Below are positions 26,304 through 34,561 of a stretch of 36,820 nucleotides of DNA, piece after piece. The stretch's first letter is position 1. Each line of letters opens with the position of its first letter. Made by a program: the position numbers and the translations under genes. Source of the stretch: a virus (taxonomy: Duplodnaviria > Caudoviricetes). The DNA lies in IMG/VR virus record IMGVR_UViG_3300032084_000368, positions 1 to 36,820 of that record; one strand, given 5' to 3'. The notes under the pieces are model-generated. The model saw only the letters and a list, made by a program, of their open reading frames with translations. It searched no databases and was not told where the DNA came from.

Positions 26304-26332
26304 ATAATACAACTAAAAGAGGTATGTGTCAA
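26304..26332 (-). promoter_or_regulatory. First early sigma70 promoter
   Basis: TTGACA-17 nt-TATTAT. Confidence 0.8.
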
Positions 26333-26352
26333 ACGCATAACTAAGAGGGTCA

Positions 26353-26401
26353 AGCTATGCAAAAATGGAATACAACTAATGAGCTATGCAAAAATGGAAT
26401 A
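26353..26401. repeat. 20-bp direct repeat AGCTATGCAAAAATGGAATA (2 copies)
   Basis: Copies at 26353-26372 and 26382-26401; CAACTAATGA is also repeated at 26373 and 26415. Confidence 0.9.
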
Positions 26402-26592
26402 ACAAAGCTCTATTCAACTAATGATTGAAAAAAGGGGGGTGCGACAGAAGTATACAAGTTAAATCATTTAACTAAAAAATAATTTAACAAATGAGTTGCA
26501 ATAAAAAATTATATGGTTTAAGAATAGTAATGATTAATTTTAAATTTAATGGCAATTCATTAAAGGTTAATCATAGAACAGGAAAAAACAAA

Positions 26593-27372
26593 ATGAGCAA
26601 AAAAGTAAAAAATGTAATTGAGGCTAATGAGGAAATAAAAGATCAAAATTTTATGGAGTCATTAAAATCAAATGAGGAATTAAGAAAAGTATTATTTAAA
26701 GCAAAAAATATTACTAACAACTTAACCTCAGTCGTAGTACCTCAAATGGCTAAAGCTATTAAAACTTTAATGACAGAAATTAACTCAGGAAAAGTTGAGA
26801 TAGCTGATTGGAACACAATGAAATTTTTGAGAGGTCATTGTTATAATTTAGCAAGTTATGACAGAAAAAAAGACCTTAACCAAAATTTTGAGGTTTCAAT
26901 CACAATGGCAGTTAGATTAGCAATAATGATGTACTCAAAGCCACAACAATTTGATATTACTAAAGACAATGAAATTTTAGTAATGGATAAAGTGGCTACA
27001 CCATTCATTGAACAATCTAAAAAAGGTCAAAAGGGTGGTAAGAAAAAAGTAAAAAACACTTCTGAAGAATTAGTTGAGATTGTGCCTAGTACCATTAATA
27101 AAATATGGTCAGCAGAATATCCGACAACTAAAAGACCAAATGCCAAAAATACTGTAAATATTTCTAAAAGTTTAAAAGAGGCTTTAAGCATTTTAGAAAA
27201 TTTGCAAAATATTTGTGAGAGCAAAAAACCTGAAAAGATATTAGAAAAAATATCAGATGAGGACGCTGGCGTTATTGGATCATTTAGCTTGATTGATTTC
27301 AATTTGATTAGAGATACTTTCAGTAAGTATGAAATTAATTTAGCTGATGAGATAACAGAAAAATCAGCTTAA
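26593..27372 (+). CDS. Isolated + strand hypothetical protein (start revised from 26491)
   Basis: AGGA RBS before MSKKVK; about 259 aa; followed by its own terminator. Confidence 0.7.
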   Translation: MSKKVKNVIEANEEIKDQNFMESLKSNEELRKVLFKAKNITNNLTSVVVPQMAKAIKTLMTEINSGKVEIADWNTMKFLRGHCYNLASYDRKKDLNQNFEVSITMAVRLAIMMYSKPQQFDITKDNEILVMDKVATPFIEQSKKGQKGGKKKVKNTSEELVEIVPSTINKIWSAEYPTTKRPNAKNTVNISKSLKEALSILENLQNICESKKPEKILEKISDEDAGVIGSFSLIDFNLIRDTFSKYEINLADEITEKSA

Positions 27373-27392
27373 CCCTCTAAGCTAGATTTTAA

Positions 27393-27426
27393 TAAACCCC
27401 CTGTAGAAATACGGGGGGTTTTTTTT
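27393..27426 (+). terminator. Intrinsic terminator, potentially bidirectional
   Basis: AAACCCCCTGTA-GAAA-TACGGGGGGTTT plus a T run; TTTATT follows on the - strand. Confidence 0.9.
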
Positions 27427-27800
27427 GCGTGTCATAAAAAATAAATTTAGTGGTTCACAGGGGGGTTATTAGTTACAAAAATTTACACCCCCCAATCTCT
27501 CCTCAAGTGGTAACCAAAAAAAACTTAAATTAATTTTAGGGTAACCCCTGACAATATTTTTGGGTTGCCTTTGCTATTCTGTAAAATAAAACTAAATTTT
27601 GCAGGGGGTATACGCAGGGGACAGGGGGGTATGTATATACCATATATATACCATTACCAGAAAATCTCCAAAGTCCTTGTTAACCAACTCTGGGCCATAT
27701 TTCAGGGCCTAATATTCCGACAATATCCCTAGGAATACCCTAGGGGGTACTTCTAAAAATAAGAATAGGATAGGTGTAAAGGCCCCCCTGGGGTTCCTAT
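27427..27800. other. Non-coding arm junction rich in G/C runs and palindromes (candidate genome terminus/packaging region or ncRNA)
   Basis: No ORF; repeated CAGGGG/CCCCTG, CCCTAGG twice and GGTAACC twice; upstream of the terminase genes. Confidence 0.5.
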
Positions 27801-27804
27801 GAAC

Positions 27805-27833
27805 ATTATACACCCCTATTTCAATTTTGTCTA
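27805..27833 (-). promoter_or_regulatory. sigma70 promoter firing into the non-coding region
   Basis: TAGACA-17 nt-TATAAT. Confidence 0.7.
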
Positions 27834-27873
27834 CTACAATAATGTCGCAGATGTAATTTTTTAAAAATAATAC

Positions 27874-27902
27874 TTGACAAAATTGCATATAAGCACTATA
27901 AT
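27874..27902 (+). promoter_or_regulatory. Perfect-consensus sigma70 promoter for the packaging/structural arm
   Basis: TTGACA-17 nt-TATAAT with an A/T-rich upstream element. Confidence 0.9.
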
Positions 27903-27905
27903 GTA

Positions 27906-27984
27906 TTTATATGTTTTATTTAAGGGACACACAGACACACATAATTAACACACAAACAGGGTCATCACAAATAAAACATATAAA
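27906..27984 (+). repeat. Perfect 16-bp inverted repeat flanking a 47-nt ACACAC-rich spacer
   Basis: TTTATATGTTTTATTT (27906-27921) and AAATAAAACATATAAA (27969-27984), ending at the ATG at 27985. Confidence 0.9.
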
Positions 27985-28200
27985 ATGACAGAACTTAACA
28001 AAAAACTAGTAAAAGATCTCCCATTTGGTGAGATAATGGAATTAATAAATGCAAAACATGGATTCTTCTATAACAAAAACTCAAAAGAGAAACTTAACAG
28101 ATATGCAGGAAAAGTTTCTAGACGTATTGTTCGCAGAAGCGAAGGGAAATCCAAGAGAAGCAGCAAGATTGGCAGGATATTCCTCCCATTCTTATCCTAA
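27985..28200 (+). CDS. Hypothetical protein overlapping TerS
   Basis: First ATG after the promoter; mostly overlaps the next gene in another frame. Confidence 0.45.
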   Translation: MTELNKKLVKDLPFGEIMELINAKHGFFYNKNSKEKLNRYAGKVSRRIVRRSEGKSKRSSKIGRIFLPFLS

Positions 28201-28471
28201 AGTAATTAGGAATTTGAAAAAAGAGATTACAGAATTAGCGGAGACTCATTTATCTACACACTCTGCACAAGCGGCTAATAGGTTAATCGCCTTACTAGAT
28301 GAAGACGGCACTACTCCACAGGCAAGTATTCGTCTAGCAGCCGCTAACTCAATACTAGACAGAGTAGGTATTGTTAAAAAGGATCAATTAGATATTAACA
28401 TGAAAGCTCTACACGGTATATTTATATTACCAGCAAAAGATGGAACCGATAAAAATAAAAAAGAGAGCTAG
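28049..28471 (+). CDS. Probable terminase small subunit
   Basis: LTDMQEKFL...NPREAARLAGYS helix-turn-helix and IRLAAANSILDRVG; upstream of TerL. The start may be 28058. Confidence 0.75.
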   Translation: MQNMDSSITKTQKRNLTDMQEKFLDVLFAEAKGNPREAARLAGYSSHSYPKVIRNLKKEITELAETHLSTHSAQAANRLIALLDEDGTTPQASIRLAAANSILDRVGIVKKDQLDINMKALHGIFILPAKDGTDKNKKES

Positions 28472-28742
28472 AACAATACCATTTGGTTTTAAACAATCTA
28501 GTGATCCAAATTATTTAGAACCCATCAAAGAAGAATTAGATGCTCTGGGTCAAGCAAGAGAATATTCAAAGACTTGCTCACTAAGAGAGACAGCATCTTG
28601 GCTACATAGAAAAACAGGAAGATACATATCACATGTCGGACTTAAAAAAAGACTTGCAAGAAATACAACCTCCGAAACCCAAGAAGATAATTCAAAAGAA
28701 AGCCAAGAAGTCAACACAACAGATTCTAGCTCGCAGTCGTAA
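28440..28742 (+). CDS. Small DNA-binding protein resembling a serine-recombinase DNA-binding domain
   Basis: IPFGF...SLRETASWL...ISHVGLKKRL; no catalytic domain. Confidence 0.6.
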   Translation: MEPIKIKKRARTIPFGFKQSSDPNYLEPIKEELDALGQAREYSKTCSLRETASWLHRKTGRYISHVGLKKRLARNTTSETQEDNSKESQEVNTTDSSSQS

Positions 28743-30267
28743 GAAAGTTGCAAAGGCAGAACAATCTCTAAGATCTGCCAAACAGTCAGCAGAAAATATT
28801 AAAAATAAACTGTTAACTATAGATAAGTCTTTAAAAGGAAAAGAGACTCAACTACTTACGGAAGACATAATCGAGAGTGCTCCTAAAAACGTAAAAGAGC
28901 ACATAAATCAGCAAGAGGTGATCTTTAAACCTAATGAAGGTCCACAGACACAATTCCTTGCAGCTTCTGAAAGAGAAGTTTTTTATGGTGGAGCAAGAGG
29001 CGGTGGTAAATCATATGCGATGCTAGTAGATCCGCTTCGATACTGTTCCAAAGCTCAACACCGAGCACTCCTAATTAGAAGGACAATGCCAGAGTTAAGA
29101 GACTTAATTCAAAAGTCTCAGCTATTATACTCGAAAGCATTTCCAGGAGCAAAATGGAGAGAGCAAGAAAAAGAGTGGCGATTCCCATCAGGGGCAAAGA
29201 TAGAGTTTGGTTACGCAGAAAACATGACGGATGTTTTAAGATACCAAGGTCAATCATACACATGGATAGGAATAGACGAACTTCCACAATATCCTTCGCC
29301 AGATATATATAACTTTTTAAGATCATCACTTAGAAGTGTAGATCCTGAAATACCAGTATACTTAAGAGCAACGGGTAATCCAGGTAACGTTGGTTCACAA
29401 TGGGTAAGAGAAATGTTCGTAGAACCAGCAGAACCCAATACGGCTTTTGATGTAGGGATAGATACACCTAACGGTAAAAAATATATTACCCGTAGGTTTA
29501 TTCCTGCAAAGTTACAAGACAATCCCTATCTAATGCAAACTGATGATTATTACATCATGCTTGCATCATTACCTGAAGTACAACGAAAACAATTTTTAGA
29601 TGGAGATTGGGATGCATATGAAGACTCAGCGTTTCCAGAATTTAGTAAAACAACTCACGTGGTCGAACCTTTTGAGATACCTCGTAGTTGGTATAAATTT
29701 CGTGCTGCTGATTGGGGTTACAGTTCTCCTGCTTGTGTCCTTTGGTTTGCTATTGATTATGATAACAATATCTGGATCTATAGAGAATTGTATACCAAAA
29801 AGGTTACAGCAGATTATTTCGCACGACAAGTCCTTAATTTAGAAAAAGGTGAGTATATACACTACGGTGTATTAGATGTTAGTACATGGGCTAAGAGAGG
29901 TGATGTTGGTCCTAGTATTGCAGAGACAATGATACAACAAGGTTGTAGATGGAGACCATCAGATAGATCTCCAAAGAGTAGAATTAATGGTAAGTTAGAA
30001 GTTCACAAGAGATTACGAGTAGGTGAAGATAAAGTACCAGGTATAAGAATTTTTAAAAATTGTAGAAATTTAATTAGAACTTTAGGAACATTACCCACGG
30101 ATGATAAGAATCCTGAAGATGTTGATACAAATGCAGAAGATCATGCATACGATGCATTAAGATATGGATGTATGAGTAGACCTACACATCCTAAATATGC
30201 AGCAAGGTTTAGATTATCATCAGTTCAAGATAGCTATCATATGGTAGATAATAAATTTGGATACTAA
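28633..30267 (+). CDS. terL: Terminase large subunit
   Basis: Walker A GGARGGGKS, Walker B IGIDE, ATGNPG, nuclease ADWG and DHAYDALRY. Confidence 0.97.
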   Translation: MSDLKKDLQEIQPPKPKKIIQKKAKKSTQQILARSRKKVAKAEQSLRSAKQSAENIKNKLLTIDKSLKGKETQLLTEDIIESAPKNVKEHINQQEVIFKPNEGPQTQFLAASEREVFYGGARGGGKSYAMLVDPLRYCSKAQHRALLIRRTMPELRDLIQKSQLLYSKAFPGAKWREQEKEWRFPSGAKIEFGYAENMTDVLRYQGQSYTWIGIDELPQYPSPDIYNFLRSSLRSVDPEIPVYLRATGNPGNVGSQWVREMFVEPAEPNTAFDVGIDTPNGKKYITRRFIPAKLQDNPYLMQTDDYYIMLASLPEVQRKQFLDGDWDAYEDSAFPEFSKTTHVVEPFEIPRSWYKFRAADWGYSSPACVLWFAIDYDNNIWIYRELYTKKVTADYFARQVLNLEKGEYIHYGVLDVSTWAKRGDVGPSIAETMIQQGCRWRPSDRSPKSRINGKLEVHKRLRVGEDKVPGIRIFKNCRNLIRTLGTLPTDDKNPEDVDTNAEDHAYDALRYGCMSRPTHPKYAARFRLSSVQDSYHMVDNKFGY

Positions 30268-30413
30268 TGCCACTAAATAAAAAAGGTAAAAAAATTAAAA
30301 AGGCAATGGTAAAACAGTATGGCAAGAAAAAAGGCCAGTCTGTTTTCTATGCTATGGAAAATTCTGGAAAATTAAAAGGTGTCAAAAAAAAGAAAAATAC
30401 CAGAAATAAATAA
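30267..30413 (+). CDS. 48-aa basic protein (not in ORF track)
   Basis: TAATG-coupled to terL; MPLNKKGKKIKKAMVKQYGKKKGQSVFYAMENSGKLKGVKKKKNTRNK. Confidence 0.75.
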   Translation: MPLNKKGKKIKKAMVKQYGKKKGQSVFYAMENSGKLKGVKKKKNTRNK

Positions 30414-30672
30414 AAAAGATTTCCCCTATCCCTTAGTAAGGATTTATTGGGAAGACATTATTGGTGAAACTAATTGGACTGATCTAATTGATATCAAAAA
30501 ATCTAAAACAGCAATATGCTGTAGTGTTGGATGGCTGATAAATGAAAATTCAACAACAACAGTTGTAATGGCAGATTTTAGTTTTGAAGATAATGGAGAT
30601 ATAAAACAAGGCGGTGGTTATACAACCATACCTACCAAGAATGTTTTAGCAATAAAAAAACTTAAATTATAG
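30379..30672 (+). CDS. Small beta-barrel-like hypothetical protein
   Basis: GTG start; VRIYWEDI...SVGWLI...IP pattern. Confidence 0.7.
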   Translation: MSKKRKIPEINKKDFPYPLVRIYWEDIIGETNWTDLIDIKKSKTAICCSVGWLINENSTTTVVMADFSFEDNGDIKQGGGYTTIPTKNVLAIKKLKL

Positions 30673-30680
30673 GAGACAAC

Positions 30681-30902
30681 ATGGAAACTAAATTTGATCC
30701 AAAAGCAAAAGTTAAGCAAGGTCAATTAAGTGATGGTCCTGATGGCAAACAGCCAAACAGGGAGCATACTAATATTGACTTTTCTCAACATGCACCTAAA
30801 AAGTATCAAGAGTTTGAATATGATCCAGATGTTCCAAGTAAACCTGGAGCAGAGCATGTTCAAGAGTCATTGTTTAAAATGGCTGATGAAAAGGATTACT
30901 AA
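30681..30902 (+). CDS. Disordered protein with C-terminal FKMADEKDY motif (paralog 1)
   Basis: AGGAG RBS; motifs shared with 31098-31289. Confidence 0.8.
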   Translation: METKFDPKAKVKQGQLSDGPDGKQPNREHTNIDFSQHAPKKYQEFEYDPDVPSKPGAEHVQESLFKMADEKDY

Positions 30903-30904
30903 TC

Positions 30905-31096
30905 ATGGATGATAATAAGTTAGGAAAACCGAGTGGCTTTATTCCTAAAGTTACTGCTGGTTTAAAAGAAGCCCATAACATGGTTATGGAAAAATATAAA
31001 ACAAAAGCTAAAAAAGTTATATCTTCAGTAAAAAGTACTTTTAAAAAAGGTAAAGATTACGGAGAGAAAGACTTATTAAATGGAGGAGACAAGTAA
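30905..31096 (+). CDS. Small basic hypothetical protein
   Basis: 63 aa, AAGGA RBS. Confidence 0.65.
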   Translation: MDDNKLGKPSGFIPKVTAGLKEAHNMVMEKYKTKAKKVISSVKSTFKKGKDYGEKDLLNGGDK

Positions 31097-31097
31097 C

Positions 31098-31289
31098 ATG
31101 ATGCAAAGATATAAACAGGGGGAACTTGCACCTGATGCACCTAAAAGACCAAATGATCCTATGCAAATAGATCCTAATTCAAAAGTGAATCAAGGAGCTA
31201 CAAGCGGTGATGGTAATGATGCTAAAGGTAAATCAAAATCAAAAGTAGACCCAGCAATCTTTAGAATGGCTGAAGAAAGAGATTACTAA
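31098..31289 (+). CDS. Disordered protein with C-terminal FRMAEERDY motif (paralog 2; start revised from 31080)
   Basis: GGAGGAG RBS precedes MMQRYKQGEL. Confidence 0.8.
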   Translation: MMQRYKQGELAPDAPKRPNDPMQIDPNSKVNQGATSGDGNDAKGKSKSKVDPAIFRMAEERDY

Positions 31290-31294
31290 GCTAA

Positions 31295-33391
31295 ATGGAA
31301 GAAGATAAAACTAAAAATGGCGGCTATGAAGCTGAGGGTAATCCTCTTGTCGGTTTTATAAGAAGTAGATTTCAACAAGCTGAAACATCAAAAGTATACG
31401 ATGAAAAAAGATGGTTAAAGGCTTATAGAAACTATAGAGGGATATACGGACCTGAAATGGCTTTTCGTGAAAACGAAAGGTCTAGAGTTTTTGTTAAAGT
31501 AACAAAGACTAAAGTCCTTGCTTCGTTTGGACAAATCATAGAAGTTTTATTTTCACAAGGTAAATTTCCATTAGGTGTAATGCCAACTTCTGTACCAGAA
31601 GATATTGCAGAAAGAGCACATCTAAAACAGCAGCAACAACAGCCTCAGCCACAAGAACCTATAAGTCCATATGGTTTTAATGGTGATGGAAGAATGATGC
31701 CACCAGGAGCAACTGCTGATGAGTTAATGAAAAATGTTGCACAGGAATACTCTAATTTAGGATTTACTGATGGTCCTGCCCCAGCTGGTGAACCACAAAT
31801 AGAACCAGCAAGAAAAGCTGCAGAAGCAATGCAAAAATTATTGCATGATCAATTAGAAGAAAGTAGAGCTATCACAATTATGCGTCATGTATTTTTTGAA
31901 ATGGCATTACTTGGTACAGGAATATTAAAAGGACCTTTTACAGATTTAAAAGAATATAATTCATTTGATAGTGCAGAAGATGATGAAGGTAATGAAATAA
32001 ATATTAGAGTTAAAAAAGTTAAAACTGTACCATCAATAGAAGCAGTATCGTGTTGGGATTTTTATCCAGATCCAAACGCAACTAATATGAATGATTGTGA
32101 TTATGTTATTCAAAGACATTCTTACAATAAACAACAGTTTCAAGATTTAATGGATAAACCTATGTTTAATGCTGAAGCAGTGCAAGAGTGTTTAGAGATG
32201 GGTCCTAATTATCAAACAAGAGGTTTTGAATCATCTCTTTATGATAGAGAAAATATACAAAGTATTTATAAAAATAGATTTGAAGTTTTAGAATATTGGG
32301 GTATAATAGATAAAAAAACTGCAGATGAATGTGGTTTAGAGTACGAAAGCACAGCTGAAGTAATATCTATTAATGCATGGATATGTGGTAATAAAGTTTT
32401 AAGAATGGTAGAAAATCCATTTATACCAAATAGAATACCATATTTAGTATGTCCATATGAATTAAACCCTTATCAATTTTTTGGTGTAGGTATTCCTGAG
32501 AATATGGAAGACTCACAATTAGTTATGAACGGTCATGCAAGAATGGCTATTGATAACTTAGCACTAGCTGGTAATTTAGTATTTGATGTTGATGAAACAA
32601 TGCTAGTACCAGGTCAGGATATGAAAGTATTTCCTGGTAAAATATTTAGAAGACAAAGTGGTCAAACAGGACAAGCTATACATGGAGTTAAGTTTCCTAA
32701 TACAGCTTATGAAAATTTACAAATGTTTGACAAGTTTAGACAGATTGCAGATGAAGCAACTGGTATTCCATCATACTCACATGGAGCAACAGGTGTACAA
32801 TCTACAACAAGAACTGCATCAGGCATGTCAATGCTTATGGGTGCAGCAGCATTAAGTATTAAAACAGTTATCAAAAATATTGATGACTATTTATTAAAGC
32901 CCCTAGGAGAATCATTATTTTATTGGAACATGCAATTTAATGAAGATACTCCACATATCAAAGGTGATCTAGAAATCAAAGCACAAGGAACTTCTTCTCT
33001 AATGCAGAAAGAAGTTAGATCTCAAAGATTAATGACATTCATGCAAACTGCATCTAATCCTGCACTTGCACCGTTTGTTAGATGGCATACATGTTTAACT
33101 GAAATAGCTAAATCTTTAGATATTGATCCAGATCAATTAATCAATGATCCAGAAAAAGCTGCGATCTATGCACAAATAATGGGGATGGCAAATGGAAATC
33201 AAAACAATACAGCCGCTGCTGGAGGACAAAGTGAAATGGGACAGACTGGCCCAGTACCTACAGGAGCTTCGCCAACAGATCCAACAGGAGTTGGAGGTGG
33301 CAACATCGGAACAGGTAATGTATCGATGCCAGGGGAAGCTGGCTTTAGTGCGGCAAATACTCAACCTAGAAGAGGCGAACAGACGGAATAA
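31295..33391 (+). CDS. Portal protein (head-tail connector)
   Basis: 698 aa between TerL and scaffold; LLGTGILKGP, DFYPDP, FFGVGIPE and TRTASGMSML motifs of podovirus portals; disordered tail. Confidence 0.9.
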   Translation: MEEDKTKNGGYEAEGNPLVGFIRSRFQQAETSKVYDEKRWLKAYRNYRGIYGPEMAFRENERSRVFVKVTKTKVLASFGQIIEVLFSQGKFPLGVMPTSVPEDIAERAHLKQQQQQPQPQEPISPYGFNGDGRMMPPGATADELMKNVAQEYSNLGFTDGPAPAGEPQIEPARKAAEAMQKLLHDQLEESRAITIMRHVFFEMALLGTGILKGPFTDLKEYNSFDSAEDDEGNEINIRVKKVKTVPSIEAVSCWDFYPDPNATNMNDCDYVIQRHSYNKQQFQDLMDKPMFNAEAVQECLEMGPNYQTRGFESSLYDRENIQSIYKNRFEVLEYWGIIDKKTADECGLEYESTAEVISINAWICGNKVLRMVENPFIPNRIPYLVCPYELNPYQFFGVGIPENMEDSQLVMNGHARMAIDNLALAGNLVFDVDETMLVPGQDMKVFPGKIFRRQSGQTGQAIHGVKFPNTAYENLQMFDKFRQIADEATGIPSYSHGATGVQSTTRTASGMSMLMGAAALSIKTVIKNIDDYLLKPLGESLFYWNMQFNEDTPHIKGDLEIKAQGTSSLMQKEVRSQRLMTFMQTASNPALAPFVRWHTCLTEIAKSLDIDPDQLINDPEKAAIYAQIMGMANGNQNNTAAAGGQSEMGQTGPVPTGASPTDPTGVGGGNIGTGNVSMPGEAGFSAANTQPRRGEQTE

Positions 33392-33398
33392 AGAATAA
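33192..33398 (+). CDS. Small helical protein nested in the portal C-terminus (alternative frame)
   Basis: GGGGA upstream; ..MYRCQGKLALVRQILNL motif typical of small post-portal proteins; TAATG-coupled to the next gene. Confidence 0.7.
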   Translation: MEIKTIQPLLEDKVKWDRLAQYLQELRQQIQQELEVATSEQVMYRCQGKLALVRQILNLEEANRRNKE

Positions 33399-34561
33399 TG
33401 GTATTACAACTAGTTAGAAATCCAGCAACAGGTGAATACGAATATAAAGATGCAATGGAAACAACTGCACCTAAAATTAATACCACTGATTTTGAAGCGT
33501 ACGAAAAAAAACAAGAAACGAAATTAGCAGGTGATACTAATATTGGAGAACAAACACAGCAACTTATTAGAGAAACACCTGGAGAGTATACTACAACATT
33601 TAATGAGCAAACAGGTCAGTTTGAAACTAAATCACAAGGTAGTGAAATAACTAATATACCTTTTCAAGCACCTACTGGTGTAACACCATCAGGACCTACA
33701 GAAACAGCTTTAGATAAAGTTTCAAAAATTACAGCAGCTACACAACCATCAAGTCCAGTAGATTTTCGTGGTGAAATAATGGCAATGCAAGATAAAGCGT
33801 TAAAAGCACAAAGAATAAATACATTAATTAAAGGTGGTTTTGATTTAGGTACAGCATATTTAAGATATGGAACTGGTCAGGGAACGGCTATGAATTTTAT
33901 GCCTACTACACAGTTAACACAAGTAGCAGCTACACCAATTGGTACTAGCACATTAGGTGGGGTTGGTACAGCAGGTGCTATTGGATATGGTGCAGGTAAA
34001 CTTATAGGTGCAAAAGAAAGTGAAGCAAGAGGTATGGGAGCAGGTGCTGCAATAGGAACAGCAGTTGGTGGACCAATAGGTGGAGTAATTGGTGGAGTAA
34101 TTGGTGGTGTAGTAGGATGTTTTTTACCTAATACAGAGATCACAATGGCTGATGGATCTAAGAAAAAAATTATAGATATAGAATTAAAAGATAATATTAA
34201 AGTTGGTGGAAATGTTTTTGCCACAGCAAAATTTTTAGTAACTAATTTATATGATTATAAAGGAGTTAAAGTTTCAGGTAGTCATATGGTTAATGAAAAT
34301 AATAAATGGATTAGAGTAGAAGATAGTGACATTGCAAAATCATTAGGTAATGATGAGCATGTTGTATATACGTTAGGCACACAAAATAGAAGAATAGTTA
34401 TAAATGATATATTATTTACTGACTATTTTGAAATAGATGAAAAAGAAGAATTAGTAAAACAAGGCGATAGTTACTTTGATAATTGGAAGTTACATTCAGA
34501 TTATTTATCTCAGCAAAATGTATATAAAATAAATGAAAAGCAGACTTTGGAACTTAGATAA
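33398..34561 (+). CDS. Glycine-zipper protein with a C-terminal Hedgehog/intein (Hint) autoprocessing domain
   Basis: GxxxG repeats end at G240|C241 FLPNTEITMADGSKKKIIDI (block A); VSGSH (block B); VVYTL...IVINDILFTDY (block F/G); no terminal His-Asn. Confidence 0.85.
   Translation: MVLQLVRNPATGEYEYKDAMETTAPKINTTDFEAYEKKQETKLAGDTNIGEQTQQLIRETPGEYTTTFNEQTGQFETKSQGSEITNIPFQAPTGVTPSGPTETALDKVSKITAATQPSSPVDFRGEIMAMQDKALKAQRINTLIKGGFDLGTAYLRYGTGQGTAMNFMPTTQLTQVAATPIGTSTLGGVGTAGAIGYGAGKLIGAKESEARGMGAGAAIGTAVGGPIGGVIGGVIGGVVGCFLPNTEITMADGSKKKIIDIELKDNIKVGGNVFATAKFLVTNLYDYKGVKVSGSHMVNENNKWIRVEDSDIAKSLGNDEHVVYTLGTQNRRIVINDILFTDYFEIDEKEELVKQGDSYFDNWKLHSDYLSQQNVYKINEKQTLELR

Noticed and set aside
26353-26424. 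Mini-CRISPR array
   Set aside because: Only two 20-bp copies separated by 9 nt, far too short for a spacer.
20302-27372. Integrase or phage RNA polymerase in the early region
   Set aside because: No tyrosine/serine recombinase catalytic motifs and no ORF with T7-type RNAP size or motifs. They could still lie outside the window.
27427-27800. tRNA genes or G-quadruplex call in the non-coding junction
   Set aside because: No cloverleaf or T-loop consensus; only three closely spaced G runs at 27604-27629.
34118-34561. Canonical protein-splicing intein
   Set aside because: No C-terminal His-Asn followed by Cys/Ser/Thr, no homing endonuclease, and not inserted in a conserved enzyme. Treated as a Hedgehog-like Hint domain.
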